Assembly (NCBI GenBank): GCA_937902735.1
Contig: CALELS010000015.1
Coordinates: forward strand, 15,070 to 79,069
Direction: 5' to 3'
From: an uncultured Bacillales bacterium
GTDB taxonomy: Bacteria; Bacillota_I; Bacilli_A; RFN20; CAG-826
Length of the DNA: 64,000 nt
A program made the translations under genes and the position numbers. The notes below the pieces were generated by a model. It had not been told where the DNA came from. It worked only from the letters and a program-made list of their open reading frames with translations, and ran no database searches. Numbering within the stretch: position 1 is the stretch's first letter; every line of letters begins with the position of its first letter. Of this stretch, positions 1-15,257 are shown piece after piece.

Positions 1-787
1 AAAATAGCCCCAAGTATGCTTAAAACAAAGTATGGTGCTAATAGCCAAAACTTTTTTGTTTTTAACCCATTAGTGACTAATACAAACAAGAAATAAATCA
101 TAAATCCAAATACGAGGTATGCTCCCCAAAGACTTATAAAATAAAGCATCGCGGTCGCAAGGGCTAATCCAAATAAAATTCCATCAATAATAAAAGGGCT
201 ACCTATATCATCATTAAACGTCAATTGGAATCTAGACAATTCGAAACTGATAACTAAAGAAACAAAACTCATCTCTATTAAAGCGAAGGCAAATATAGTT
301 AATAGAATGATATTCCTTGCGCCAACCGATTCGTTTAATTTGAGAATTGTTAGAATAATCTCGATACTATCAATTTCAAATAAACCCTCAACAAGTCGGT
401 TAAATCCATAAATTAATACAGTTTGTATGACACTTGATAAAAACAAACCATACACCAAAGGGACTCGTTTTTTAATTATTAAACCAAAGATGTATCCACT
501 GATTAAAGAAGGTAATAAATAATAGAATGTTGCTTGAAAATTCCACAAAGTAACAACAAAAGATAAAAGTAATGTTGTTAGGAAGAAAATTGGATAATAA
601 CGATCTTTACAAGATACCTCTACCAACGTAACCAACATTGGAAGTAATAACGATAAAAAGAGAGCTAAAATAGGTAAATACATATCGCTTAAAGCGATAA
701 GAGAATTAAGTATTACAAGAATCGCGGCGATGATTCCCATAAAAGCCATATTTTCAATAAGACTTTCTCTTTTCTTTAAAATTTTCA
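1..787 (-). CDS. Multi-pass integral membrane protein (hypothetical); runs off the window start so the C-terminus is missing
   Basis: Reverse-complement reading gives an ATG at 787 (MKILKKRESLIENMAFMGIIAAILV...) and a continuous hydrophobic ORF to the window edge. It is absent from the ORF track because it is truncated. Confidence 0.45.
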
Positions 788-866
788 TCACTAAAATTAT
801 AAATTTTTTAGATTATTTTTCACACTTTTCTTCACAAAACTTCCTATATAAGTAATAGGAGGCAAT

Positions 867-1328
867 ATGAAATCTTTTATATACATTTTTTTAATATCTC
901 AAATTACCTTATTAAGTAGTTGCGTTAGTCTATCTATCACTCATTCGAATGAACAAAACGAAGAAAGAAAAGAACAGGTTATTGAACATAGTTACGATGA
1001 AATATCTCATTTGAAAATTTATTGGAGTACTATCTTCGTTCAAGAGGAGGATAACTATTATGTTTATCTTTATTCAGTCACTTGTTCACATTGTAATTCT
1101 ATAAAGAATGAAATGATTGAATACGCTCTTCTCGAGCAGGAAAAAATATACTTTGTATCAAGTAGTGCCGAACATGTTTTAACGCAGGAAGTTAATAAAT
1201 ATGAACAAATAGATTCGCTCGATGACTTAAAAATAAAAGGTTATCCAACTCTCTTAAAACTTGAAAATCATATAGTGAAAAAGAACTTGGCTGGAGCGAA
1301 AGAAATACGTGAAGAATTGCGTATCTAA
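867..1328 (+). CDS. Thioredoxin-fold lipoprotein (CxxC: TCSHC; cis-Pro GYPT)
   Basis: N-terminal signal with lipobox LLSSC. The CSHC redox motif and GYPTLL loop are typical of TlpA/thioredoxin-like proteins. There is a GGAGG-like RBS (aggaggcaat) before the ATG. Confidence 0.65.
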   Translation: MKSFIYIFLISQITLLSSCVSLSITHSNEQNEERKEQVIEHSYDEISHLKIYWSTIFVQEEDNYYVYLYSVTCSHCNSIKNEMIEYALLEQEKIYFVSSSAEHVLTQEVNKYEQIDSLDDLKIKGYPTLLKLENHIVKKNLAGAKEIREELRI

Positions 1329-1397
1329 AAAAGACAATTTATTCATTGAGAGAAGGTGTCCATTGTGATAAAATTACCATAGGTAAAATTTGATTTC

Positions 1398-5608
<4,211 letters not shown>

Positions 5609-5631
5609 AAGGAGTGATAGCATACTAGCAT

Positions 5632-5928
5632 ATGAAAACATATAACATTGAAGTATTAAAAGATGCATCACGTCGTTTGTTATTTGAAATGAGTGATGAA
5701 CAATATGACACGCTTTTGAAGGAATTTGATATCGTCGTTTCTCAAATGAAATTAATTGGTCAAGACAAAGAAGTTGATTCATATGAACCAATGATTTTTC
5801 CATTTGAATGTAAGACTAGTTATCTTAGAGAAGATGTCCCGTCAACTCCTTTAACTCGTGAAGAAGCACTTAAAAATGCCCACAACAAAACTGGTGGGCA
5901 AATTAAACTTCCAAAGGTGGTGATTTAA
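5632..5928 (+). CDS. gatC: Asp/Glu-tRNA amidotransferase subunit C
   Basis: 98-aa ORF immediately upstream of gatA/gatB, in the canonical gatCAB order. Confidence 0.8.
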   Translation: MKTYNIEVLKDASRRLLFEMSDEQYDTLLKEFDIVVSQMKLIGQDKEVDSYEPMIFPFECKTSYLREDVPSTPLTREEALKNAHNKTGGQIKLPKVVI

Positions 5929-5929
5929 C

Positions 5930-7390
5930 ATGGATTACCGCAAATTATCAATTAAAGAACTTCACGACTTATTAGTGAAGAAAGAAATCACGCCTTTAGA
6001 AATAACTAAAGAAGCTTTGAAATATTTAAAAGAAGATGACAATAACGCTGTTGAATATGTAATGGAAAAAGAAGCATTAGAAATCGCTTCTAAACTAACT
6101 GAACCAGAAGAGAATAACCTTCTTTGGGGTATTCCATTTGCTATTAAAGACAATATGTCCACCAAGGATGTTCCAACAACAGCATCAAGCAATATCTTAA
6201 ATGGATACGTTCCTGTCTATAACGCTACTGTTGTAGAAAGATTACTTGCCAAGCATGCTGTTCCAATCGCTAAATCCACACTTGATGAACTGGCTATGGG
6301 TGGAACAGGAACAACTGGACATTTAGGAATCACATATAACCCATATGATAAAAATCATGAAAGATTAGTCGGTGGATCTTCTTGCGGAAGTGCTGCTTTA
6401 ACTAGCGCAGGTATCGTACCATTTGCTTTAGCAAGTGACACTGGCGATTCTACCCGTAAACCAGCATCATACGCAGGCTTGGTTGGTTTCAAACCAACAT
6501 GGGGAAGAATATCTAGATATGGTTTGTTCCCATTTGCACCATCGCTTGACACCGTTGGTGTGTTCTCACGCTGTGTTTTTGATTCTGCGCTTGTTCTTAA
6601 TGCTTTGGCAGGAAGAGACGAGAAAGATTCAACATCATCTTCTAAACCTGTTGAAGATTATACTTTGCTTTTAGGCAAAGGCATTCGCAAAAACAAAATC
6701 GCAATTATTAAAGAAATCAATGATTCAATCACTGATAAAGAAGTTAATGATGCATTCTATAAAACTTGTGAAAACTTAAAGAAGCAAGGATATGTTGTTG
6801 AGGAAGTTAGTATCCCTGCATCATTACTTGCAACTCTTTTCCCAACATATTTTGTTATTTCTTGCGCTGAAGCAACAAGCAATAATGCTAATCTTGATGG
6901 AATTAAATTTGGTCCATATTATGATGGATCAACCTATGAAGAGGTTATGTCTAAAGCTAGAACAAAAGGTTTTAGCGAACTTATTAAACGTAGATTTGTT
7001 ATTGGTTCATACGTTTTAATGAGAGAAAACCAAGAAGAGTTATTTATTCGCGCTCAAAAGAATAGACATCGAATTGTTGAAACTATAAACAAAATATTCG
7101 AAAAATATGATTTCATTTATGCACCAGCTGCACCAAGTATTGCTCCTAAAATGAATGAAAAAAACGATAGATTATCCAATGAATACTTAATTGCAGATAA
7201 TCATCTTTGCATTGGAAACTTTGCTGGTTTACCTTCAATTACAATTCCAATTGGTATTAAAGATAACATGCCTTTTGGTGCAAATATTTCTGGTCGTCCA
7301 TTCGAGGACGCTGATGTTTTACAATGTGCATATAAACTTGAAGAAACAACATCTTTAAAAGGAATTGTTGCTCTTAAGGAGGATAGATAA
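5930..7390 (+). CDS. gatA: Glu-tRNA(Gln)/Asp-tRNA(Asn) amidotransferase subunit A
   Basis: Amidase signature GGSSCGSAA and Ser-cisSer-Lys region; 486 aa. Confidence 0.9.
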   Translation: MDYRKLSIKELHDLLVKKEITPLEITKEALKYLKEDDNNAVEYVMEKEALEIASKLTEPEENNLLWGIPFAIKDNMSTKDVPTTASSNILNGYVPVYNATVVERLLAKHAVPIAKSTLDELAMGGTGTTGHLGITYNPYDKNHERLVGGSSCGSAALTSAGIVPFALASDTGDSTRKPASYAGLVGFKPTWGRISRYGLFPFAPSLDTVGVFSRCVFDSALVLNALAGRDEKDSTSSSKPVEDYTLLLGKGIRKNKIAIIKEINDSITDKEVNDAFYKTCENLKKQGYVVEEVSIPASLLATLFPTYFVISCAEATSNNANLDGIKFGPYYDGSTYEEVMSKARTKGFSELIKRRFVIGSYVLMRENQEELFIRAQKNRHRIVETINKIFEKYDFIYAPAAPSIAPKMNEKNDRLSNEYLIADNHLCIGNFAGLPSITIPIGIKDNMPFGANISGRPFEDADVLQCAYKLEETTSLKGIVALKEDR

Positions 7391-7391
7391 T

Positions 7392-8822
7392 ATGGAATTC
7401 GAGCCAGTTATCGGTCTAGAAATTCACGTTGAACTTAAGACCAAATCCAAGATGTTTTCTTCTGGCCCTGTTTTATTTGGCCAAGAAGCAAATACTTTAG
7501 TTGCCCCTTTAGACATGGCTTTTCCAGGAACATTACCAACTGTAAACAAACAAGCTGTAATTTATGCAATTAGAGTGTGTAATGCACTTCACATGTCAAT
7601 TGATCACGAACTACACTTTGATCGTAAAAATTATTTCTATAGCGATCTTCCTAAGGGATATCAGATTACTCAAAACCTAAGACCAATTGGTTCTGAAGGT
7701 TATTTAGAAATCGATGTTAATGGAGAAAAGAAACGTATCAACATTGAACGTCTTCACATGGAAGAAGACACTTGCAAACAACTTCACTTCAACACATTTA
7801 CGCTTCTTGATTATAACCGTGCCGGAACACCTTTAATTGAGATTGTTTCAAAACCTGAAATAAGAAGTGGTGAAGAGGCAATGAAATATGTCGAAAAAAT
7901 ACGTTCCATTGTTGTCTTTAGTGATGTTAGTGATGGCAAGATGGAAGAAGGATCGCTTCGATGTGATGTAAATATTTCTCTTAGACCAAAAGGCAGCAAT
8001 GTTTTTGGTACAAAAGTTGAGATTAAGAATATCAACTCTATTTCATATATTCAAAAAGCTGTTGATTTCGAAATTGAAAGACAGACAAAACTTCTTCTAG
8101 AAGGCAAGGAAGTCATTCAAGAAACACGTCGTTATGAAGACGCTAAGAAAGAGACAATCTTAATGAGAGTTAAGACTGATGCGGTCGATTATAAATATTT
8201 CCCTGAGGGAAACATTACTCCAATTGTTCTTTCAGATAAATTTGTTGATGATGCAATCAAAGGATGCCCAGAACTTGCAGAACACAAAAAAGAAAGATAC
8301 ATAAAAGAGTTTTTATTAAATGATTATGATGCTTCTCAATTAATTATGGATAAACCGATATCCGATTATTATGACGAGGCTAGTAAACATACAAAAGCAT
8401 ATAAGATATTGGCTAACTGGGTTTTAACTGATGTTAATGGTTATCTTAACAAAAACAATATTACCATTGATAAATTTAATGTCTCGCCAGTTAATCTTGC
8501 CGAACTCGTTGATATGTTTGCTAAGAATGAAATTTCATCAACACAAGCCAAAGAAATCTTTGCAAAAATGGTAAAAGATGGGGTTTCTGCAGGAAATGCT
8601 AAGAAAGAATTAGGCATTCAAACTCAAGTAAGTGATACTGATTTCATTATTAAAGTAATTAATGAAGTATTAGATGAATTCCCAAATAGTGTTACTGACT
8701 ATAAAGATGGTAAAGATAGAGCAGTTGGCTTTATGATTGGTCAAGTTATGAAGAAAACTCAAGGAAAAGTTAATCCAAAATTAACGAACCAATTATTAAT
8801 TGAAGAGCTCAAGAAGTGGTAA
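7392..8822 (+). CDS. gatB: Amidotransferase subunit B (start moved to the internal ATG after the GGAGG RBS)
   Basis: MEFEPVIGLEIHVEL is the typical GatB N-terminus. The track ORF start at 7365 lies inside gatA; ggaggatagataATG at 7392 is the likely start. Confidence 0.9.
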   Translation: MEFEPVIGLEIHVELKTKSKMFSSGPVLFGQEANTLVAPLDMAFPGTLPTVNKQAVIYAIRVCNALHMSIDHELHFDRKNYFYSDLPKGYQITQNLRPIGSEGYLEIDVNGEKKRINIERLHMEEDTCKQLHFNTFTLLDYNRAGTPLIEIVSKPEIRSGEEAMKYVEKIRSIVVFSDVSDGKMEEGSLRCDVNISLRPKGSNVFGTKVEIKNINSISYIQKAVDFEIERQTKLLLEGKEVIQETRRYEDAKKETILMRVKTDAVDYKYFPEGNITPIVLSDKFVDDAIKGCPELAEHKKERYIKEFLLNDYDASQLIMDKPISDYYDEASKHTKAYKILANWVLTDVNGYLNKNNITIDKFNVSPVNLAELVDMFAKNEISSTQAKEIFAKMVKDGVSAGNAKKELGIQTQVSDTDFIIKVINEVLDEFPNSVTDYKDGKDRAVGFMIGQVMKKTQGKVNPKLTNQLLIEELKKW

Positions 8823-8824
8823 TT

Positions 8825-9847
8825 ATGGCAAAAGAAATATTAGTTACTGGTGGTATGGGTTATATTGGTTCTCATACAGTTGTTGAATTATTAACTAGTG
8901 GATATAAACCAATCATCGTTGATAATTTATGCAATTCAAAAACCGAAGTTTTAAATCGCATTGAAAAAATCAGCGGAGTAAAGCCAGAATTTTATGAATT
9001 AGATGTTCGTGATGAAGAAAAATTATCTGAAGTTTTCAAAAACCATAATATTTTTGCTGTTATTCATTTTGCAGGTTTAAAGTCTGTTGGTGAATCCGTT
9101 GAAAAACCTCAACTTTATTACGACAACAACTTTGGTTCGACAGATACATTACTAAAAGTAATGGAAAAATATAATGTTAAGAATTTAGTCTTTTCTAGTT
9201 CTGCAACAGTTTATGGCGACCCAAAGAGAGTTCCAATTTATGAAGATGATCCAGTTGGAGCTTATACAAACCCATATGCAGAAACAAAAGTTAAAATCGA
9301 AAGACAATTAGTTAAAAAATATAATGCAGACCATTCTCTAAATTTTGCGATTCTTCGTTACTTTAACCCAATTGGTGCGCACAAGTCCGGTCTAATTGGC
9401 GAAGACCCACGCGGAATTCCAAATAATTTAATGCCTTATGTTACACAAGTGGCTGTAGGTAAACGCCCAATTCTTTCAGTATTTGGAAATGATTATCCAA
9501 CCCCAGATGGAACATGTATTCGTGACTATATCCATGTTGTGGATTTAGCAATTGGTCACGTATTAACTTTAAAGAAACTTGAATCAAATCCTGGTTTAGT
9601 AATTTATAACTTAGGTACAGGTGTTGGAACTAGTGTCCTTGAACTTGTTCATGCTTTTGAAGAAGCAAATCATCTCAAGATTAATTATCAAATTGTTGGA
9701 AGAAGAGCAGGGGATATTCCAAGTTGCTATGCAAACGCTGATAAGGCATATCGTGAAATTGGGTTTAAAACCAAATACAATATAGTAGATTGCTGTCGCG
9801 ATTCTTGGAATTGGCAAAAGAACAATCCAAATGGTTACGATAAATAG
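8825..9847 (+). CDS. galE: UDP-glucose 4-epimerase
   Basis: Rossmann TGGMGYIGSHT, a YxxxK region (PYAETK), and about 340 aa. The start is likely MAKEILVTGG at 8825. Confidence 0.85.
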   Translation: MAKEILVTGGMGYIGSHTVVELLTSGYKPIIVDNLCNSKTEVLNRIEKISGVKPEFYELDVRDEEKLSEVFKNHNIFAVIHFAGLKSVGESVEKPQLYYDNNFGSTDTLLKVMEKYNVKNLVFSSSATVYGDPKRVPIYEDDPVGAYTNPYAETKVKIERQLVKKYNADHSLNFAILRYFNPIGAHKSGLIGEDPRGIPNNLMPYVTQVAVGKRPILSVFGNDYPTPDGTCIRDYIHVVDLAIGHVLTLKKLESNPGLVIYNLGTGVGTSVLELVHAFEEANHLKINYQIVGRRAGDIPSCYANADKAYREIGFKTKYNIVDCCRDSWNWQKNNPNGYDK

Positions 9848-9856
9848 GAGGTAAGT

Positions 9857-10807
9857 ATGGCTAGAGAATTAGTACAAGAAACATTTAAGGATGGTACAAG
9901 TCGTCTTGGTTATGCCTGGACAATCAAACAACCAAAAGGGAATGTAATTATTATTACAGGCATGGTTGAAACAGCACTTCGTTATGATGGATTTGCAGAA
10001 TTCTTAAACAAACATGGTTACAACGTTTATTGTTTAGATCATTATGGTCAAGGTCTTAATGCAGGAGAAAAAGAAGAAGGATATCCTTTAAAAGGTATTG
10101 TTCCTAAATCATTCTTCTCTAAAACTGTTAAAGATGCCGATGAGTTAGTGTCTAAATTACGTGCGTCATTAATTCCTACATATATCTTTGCTCACTCAAT
10201 GGGAAGTTTTATGCTTCAAGACTATATTCAAAGATATACTCAACACGTTAACAAAGTTATTATATGCGGTTCTAACGGACCAAATGCTACAATGGCATAT
10301 GTTTTTGGTAACTTAATTACTAAGTTAATAGTCCATAAGAAGAATAGAGAAAATGAAGGTAAATTCTTCGATAAATTAATCTTTGGTGGTTATAACAAAA
10401 AGATCAAAAATCCAAGAACCCATTTTGACTGGTTATCAGTTAATGAAAAGAATGTTGATGACTATCTTGCCGATGATTTATGTGGCTTTACTCCTACAAA
10501 TGGTTTCTACCGCGAATTCTTAAAAGGTGACGCTCGTCTTTATAAAAGAAAATTCTTAAAGAAAGTTCGTAAAGATATGTCCATCTTAATTATTGCTGGT
10601 GATCAAGACCCTGTTGGTGCATATGGTAAAGGTCCGCAAAAATTAGCAAAGATGTATAAAGGTCTAAAGATTCAAGATGTTAGATGCAAAATCTATCCAG
10701 GTCTTAGACATGAAATATTAAATGAAGGCATTCAACAGGTTTATGATGATATTGTTGAGTTCTTAGATGAACCTCATGAACCAGCTGAATCATTGTTAAA
10801 GAAATAA
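9857..10807 (+). CDS. Alpha/beta hydrolase (lysophospholipase / monoacylglycerol-lipase-like)
   Basis: Nucleophile elbow AHSMGS (GxSxG), HG-type oxyanion region DHYGQG, and a C-terminal D...H (GLRHEILNE). Confidence 0.7.
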   Translation: MARELVQETFKDGTSRLGYAWTIKQPKGNVIIITGMVETALRYDGFAEFLNKHGYNVYCLDHYGQGLNAGEKEEGYPLKGIVPKSFFSKTVKDADELVSKLRASLIPTYIFAHSMGSFMLQDYIQRYTQHVNKVIICGSNGPNATMAYVFGNLITKLIVHKKNRENEGKFFDKLIFGGYNKKIKNPRTHFDWLSVNEKNVDDYLADDLCGFTPTNGFYREFLKGDARLYKRKFLKKVRKDMSILIIAGDQDPVGAYGKGPQKLAKMYKGLKIQDVRCKIYPGLRHEILNEGIQQVYDDIVEFLDEPHEPAESLLKK

Positions 10808-10810
10808 TAA

Positions 10811-10850
10811 AAAAGATGTGATTAACCTATAGGAAGTCACATCTTTTTCT
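10811..10850. terminator. Bidirectional rho-independent terminator between the convergent hydrolase and membrane-protein genes
   Basis: Stem aagatgtga/tcacatctt flanked by A-run and T-run (aaaaagatgtgatt...aagtcacatctttttc). Confidence 0.6.
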
Positions 10851-10862
10851 ATTTGAGTATAA

Positions 10863-11354
10863 TTATTTCTTGATTAATCCAAGGACACTTGGAACTGCAC
10901 CAACGCCAGCGGCTAAGATTGCTAAGATACCAGCAAAGACATAACCAACACCAATGCTTAAATCGCGTAACTCGTTGACAGCTTCAAAGACAGGAACTGT
11001 AACAAAGACAAAAATAGCAGCAATAATTAATAAGGCAGACAATCCTAATTTAATAAATGGAGCATATTTGTCTAAAACGCTTACTTTTAACATTTCGAGA
11101 ACAAATAAAACAACAAAGGCAACTACTGCAATGATGATTAAAATCCATGCAACAAGAGCTGACCAAGCTAATTTGACTTGACCTTCAAATATTAAGAATT
11201 TGACGGTACCTCCAAACAATACGGTTGTTCCTGGGAAATTGTATTGTGAATTATTGCTAACACTTACGACACCTGGAGTAACAAGTAAAAGAATGAATGC
11301 TACTAAAGCTAATAAGGCTGCAGCTGGGGCGAAATATTTAAGATATTTTTTCAT
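10863..11354 (-). CDS. Hypothetical polytopic membrane protein
   Basis: 163 aa, about 4 hydrophobic segments, RBS ggagaaaaa upstream on the minus strand. Confidence 0.5.
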   Translation of the reverse strand: MKKYLKYFAPAAALLALVAFILLLVTPGVVSVSNNSQYNFPGTTVLFGGTVKFLIFEGQVKLAWSALVAWILIIIAVVAFVVLFVLEMLKVSVLDKYAPFIKLGLSALLIIAAIFVFVTVPVFEAVNELRDLSIGVGYVFAGILAILAAGVGAVPSVLGLIKK

Positions 11355-11458
11355 GATTTTTTCTCCTTCCGAGTGGTAATTATAAAGGAAATAAAAACAT
11401 AATGTAAGAAAAACCCTAACAAATTAATTGCTAGGGTAAATCATAGGTTAATCTTTAT

Positions 11459-13147
11459 TTAATGTTTTGCGATATAATCACTTATTAATTTCTTATATTT
11501 TTCAATTCCTTTACTGCCTTTAGCAAATAAATAAGCTTTTAGCTTAGGTTCGGTTCCAGAAGGTCTAAATATAATAGATTGATTATCTTCCAAGAAATAT
11601 TTAACAACATTACTTGTTGGAAGGCTAATTTCTTCAACGTGATCTTTGAAATAATGTTTTTTTGCTTGATAATCACAGACAGATTCAACTGGTCCAAATA
11701 TTTCTTGAACCTCTTTTGTTCTAAATTCTTTCATCAAATTAGCCATGTGGTCCTTGCCATCAAGTCCTTCAAATTGGAAGTTAAGTGTAAGAGTTTTATA
11801 CTTTCCAAATTCTTCATAAATTTGATTTAGTCTATCAACAAGAGTGAAACCTTTATGTTTATAGTAGTTAGCCATTTCAGCTGTAAGTAAGCATGCATTT
11901 ATTGCATCTTTATCTCTTACGTCAGTGTTGGTGAGATAACCACAGCTTTCTTCGAAACCAAAGATAAAGCGTTTTTCCTGTCCTTCTCTTTCTAAAAAGA
12001 GAATTTGTTCACCAATGAATTTAAATCCCGTTAAAACATTTCTAACCTCGACGCCATATTTTTGTCCGATAATTGAACAAATATCACTTGAAACAATTGT
12101 TTTAACCATGACTGGTTTTTCAGGAAGAGTATTGTGTTCTTTTCTGATGTTATAGACGAAATCGAACAAAAGAATACCAACTTCGTTACCAGTAAGAATT
12201 ACATATTTTCCATTTTGATTTACTGCAACACCAACACGATCACTATCTGGATCAGTCGCTAAAAGAATATCATTTTTGTTTTCAATTAATTTCTTTAAAC
12301 CAAGTTCAAGGGCAGGAGCCATTTCTGGGTTTGGGTAAGGACATGTTGGGAAATCACCATTTGGCATTTCTTGTTCTTTCACAACATCAATATTTTTGAA
12401 TCCATCTCTATTCAAAACTGTTAATACTGGTTTACGACCTGCACCATGTAGTGGAGTATAAGCAATTTTTACAATTCTTTCTTTGCCGTCTAAAGATTGT
12501 TTTGCAGTGGAGCTATAATATGCTTCAATCAATTCATTATTGATATAACTAATTAATCCTTCTTTCATTAATTGATCGAATTGTCCAACTTTGACATCTT
12601 TAAAAATATCAAGTTCAAGAATTTCGTGAAGGACAGCGTTTGCAGATTCGGTTGTCATTTGACATCCATCATTTCCGTAAACTTTATAACCATTATATTG
12701 CTTTGGGTTGTGGCTAGCTGTAACAGCAATACCAGCAGAACATTTTAAATATCTTGTTGCAAAAGAAAGCATAGGAACTGGCATCAATTCTTTGTAAATG
12801 TGTACTTTGATGCCATTTTTTGCTAAGACTGAAGCAGCCTCTTTTGCGAATTTATCAGAGTTATTTCTTGAATCATAAGCAATAGCAACACTTGGTGCTT
12901 TATATTGTTTTAAAAGATAATTTGCTAAACCTTGGGAAGCACGTCTTACAACGTATTTATTCATCATATTTGTGCCTAATCCCATAACTCCTCTAAGACC
13001 TGCTGTTCCAAATTCGAGATCAGCAATAAAGCGAGTCATAATTTCTTTTTCATCATCTTTGAAGGCTAATAATTCGTCTTTTTCTTCTTTGCTTAAAAGA
13101 TCGCTATTAAGCCAGGATTGATATTTTTCTAATATTTCTTTTTGCAT
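11459..13147 (-). CDS. pgm: Phosphoglucomutase / phosphomannomutase (alpha-D-phosphohexomutase)
   Basis: Active-site loop TASHNPKQYNGYKV, Mg loop DPDSDR, sugar-binding GEESCG-like region; 562 aa. Hairpin plus T-run downstream on the minus strand at about 11412-11440. Confidence 0.85.
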   Translation of the reverse strand: MQKEILEKYQSWLNSDLLSKEEKDELLAFKDDEKEIMTRFIADLEFGTAGLRGVMGLGTNMMNKYVVRRASQGLANYLLKQYKAPSVAIAYDSRNNSDKFAKEAASVLAKNGIKVHIYKELMPVPMLSFATRYLKCSAGIAVTASHNPKQYNGYKVYGNDGCQMTTESANAVLHEILELDIFKDVKVGQFDQLMKEGLISYINNELIEAYYSSTAKQSLDGKERIVKIAYTPLHGAGRKPVLTVLNRDGFKNIDVVKEQEMPNGDFPTCPYPNPEMAPALELGLKKLIENKNDILLATDPDSDRVGVAVNQNGKYVILTGNEVGILLFDFVYNIRKEHNTLPEKPVMVKTIVSSDICSIIGQKYGVEVRNVLTGFKFIGEQILFLEREGQEKRFIFGFEESCGYLTNTDVRDKDAINACLLTAEMANYYKHKGFTLVDRLNQIYEEFGKYKTLTLNFQFEGLDGKDHMANLMKEFRTKEVQEIFGPVESVCDYQAKKHYFKDHVEEISLPTSNVVKYFLEDNQSIIFRPSGTEPKLKAYLFAKGSKGIEKYKKLISDYIAKH

Positions 13148-13187
13148 ATTAAAACCTCATCTACTCCTTAATTCTACTTTATTTTTA

Positions 13188-15257
13188 TTGTCTATATCAA
13201 TAAAGACGTTTATGTCCAATGTGTTGATATATCGTTCTAATAAATGTATATTTATTGTAATTCAAATGAAAAACAAGATTACTTTATTCACAAATTGGCT
13301 AGCCTACATACTCATTTGTTTGATTATGTATTTTTGGGAAAACGTGGTTATTCTTGATTTTCAAGAACCAATGAGAGCTTTTAATACAAATGAAGTTATT
13401 GCTTTATTCACTGGTTTAATTGTTATAACAATAGTGTTTTTCTTTATCGAAAAGAAATATAACAACTATAAATTTGACATTCCTTTAACAATTATTCTTT
13501 CTTTAATGTTTTTATGTTCTTTAATTTCTATATTACTTGCTCCTGAAACTAGAGAATTTCTTGTATATGGTAAAGGTATTTTTATTGGATATATAAAAGA
13601 AGAAACTTGGTATGAGGGTGTCTTTAAACTAACTACAGATGATCGTTTATTTTCTATCTTATTTGCCTTCTTAAATTATTTATCAATTTATTTCTTGCTT
13701 GCAGTGTTTCCTCGTAAGATTAGATTTATCAAAATCATAGATATTATTTTCTATGTTTCTGCAGCATTCACTCTAGTAATGCTTACATATTCATATATTA
13801 CTGAGTGGAGTAAGTATGTTGAATTTGTTACCACCTTCTTCGATAAAGGAATGCCATATGGAAATATGGTCCAATCATTCTTGAGACATAGAAATAATTT
13901 TGGTTTTATGCTCTATTACATGATTTTTATGTGTTATTTTGTCCATCATAATCATCCAAAATGGTGGTGGTTATATCTTATTAGTCCATTATTACTTTTA
14001 GCGATGATTCCATCTTTATCAAAAACAAATGTTGGAGCAGGTTTCTTCCTAGTCGTAGCTTACCCAATAGGTAGATTTTTCCTAACTTATAAACACCATA
14101 AAAAACGTAATATTTTAGCCTTAATTATCACACTTAGTTCCTCATTAGCAGTCCTTGGAATTCTTGGAATTATCTTCTTTATTAATGACCATCTTAGAGA
14201 AGTTACAATCAATTCACTTAAGTGGGTATTTGTTTCTGAAGAAGGAATGCACGCTACAACATTACAAACTAGAACTTGGCTTTGGGCTAATACTTTTGAT
14301 ATTTTGAATCATTCTTCTTGGATTTTTGGCGCAGGTTTTGGAATATTTGAAAAATTCTTAATCACATATAACGTGGCAGATTTATCTTTACATAACAAAG
14401 AGGTCACACATCTAGCTCACAATTACTTCATTCAGGCTCTCGGATATGGTGGTGTTATTTATCTTGTATTTATCATTTTCGTAATGGTTTTATATTTCAG
14501 ATGTCTCTTCAAACTTATTAAGAAACATCCAACCTTTGTATTTTTACAATTCCTATTATTCGCAAGCATGATTCCGCATATGATGCTTGAAAGCGAAGGA
14601 CCATTAGGAAGAGGAATACCTTCTATTGATTCATTTATGGTCTATGCGATTATGTATGCTCCGGTCTTCTCTCTTTATTATCATGAGAAACATATTGAAG
14701 ATAATGAAGAATTCTTAAAACTAGCAAATATAAGAATTAAAACAAGACTAAAATACTTCGATAAACCTTATAGTGTTTCCGAGGCCATTTATCTTGTTTA
14801 CACTCCAATATTAGCAGTTCTAATTGGACCTGTTTGGATGGCATTTAAAAATGATGTGTTGGTGCCAGTGATAATTGGTCTTGTATTATTCTTCTTTGGT
14901 CCTTACATAATTCATCTTTTAATACACGTTTGGAAAGAAAAAAACCGCAAATACTTAAACCCTTTAAAATATATGCTTAAGATACAACTGCCATTCCTTG
15001 TTGGATTAATTGTAATGTTTACCTATTTTAGAATCTTTTTAACAATCACAGGTGTTACATATTCAATGTCCTACTTTGTAGGAGGAACTGGTTTATTCTT
15101 ATATGCCTTATTCTTTGTTGCTATTCCTTCATTTAATGAAAGAGCATCATTATTCACCACATTTGAAAATAATTACACTAATCTTGCAATGAGATTATAT
15201 CGTCCATATGTTAAAGAATTTGTAGATAATACAAAGAAGGGAGTTGTTTATGAATAA
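13188..15257 (+). CDS. O-antigen ligase/polymerase family (Wzy_C domain) polytopic membrane protein; start uncertain (alternative MKNK at about 13266)
   Basis: Wzy_C signature TRTWLWANTFDILNHSSWIFGAGFGIFEKF...LHNKEVTHLAHNYFIQALGYGG, embedded in a protein with more than 12 TM segments. Confidence 0.6.
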   Translation: MSISIKTFMSNVLIYRSNKCIFIVIQMKNKITLFTNWLAYILICLIMYFWENVVILDFQEPMRAFNTNEVIALFTGLIVITIVFFFIEKKYNNYKFDIPLTIILSLMFLCSLISILLAPETREFLVYGKGIFIGYIKEETWYEGVFKLTTDDRLFSILFAFLNYLSIYFLLAVFPRKIRFIKIIDIIFYVSAAFTLVMLTYSYITEWSKYVEFVTTFFDKGMPYGNMVQSFLRHRNNFGFMLYYMIFMCYFVHHNHPKWWWLYLISPLLLLAMIPSLSKTNVGAGFFLVVAYPIGRFFLTYKHHKKRNILALIITLSSSLAVLGILGIIFFINDHLREVTINSLKWVFVSEEGMHATTLQTRTWLWANTFDILNHSSWIFGAGFGIFEKFLITYNVADLSLHNKEVTHLAHNYFIQALGYGGVIYLVFIIFVMVLYFRCLFKLIKKHPTFVFLQFLLFASMIPHMMLESEGPLGRGIPSIDSFMVYAIMYAPVFSLYYHEKHIEDNEEFLKLANIRIKTRLKYFDKPYSVSEAIYLVYTPILAVLIGPVWMAFKNDVLVPVIIGLVLFFFGPYIIHLLIHVWKEKNRKYLNPLKYMLKIQLPFLVGLIVMFTYFRIFLTITGVTYSMSYFVGGTGLFLYALFFVAIPSFNERASLFTTFENNYTNLAMRLYRPYVKEFVDNTKKGVVYE

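Noticed and set aside
6435-7019. Small plus-strand ORFs (79 and 75 aa) inside gatA in other frames
   Set aside because: Alternative-frame ORFs are fully embedded in a well-supported CDS and show no independent signals.
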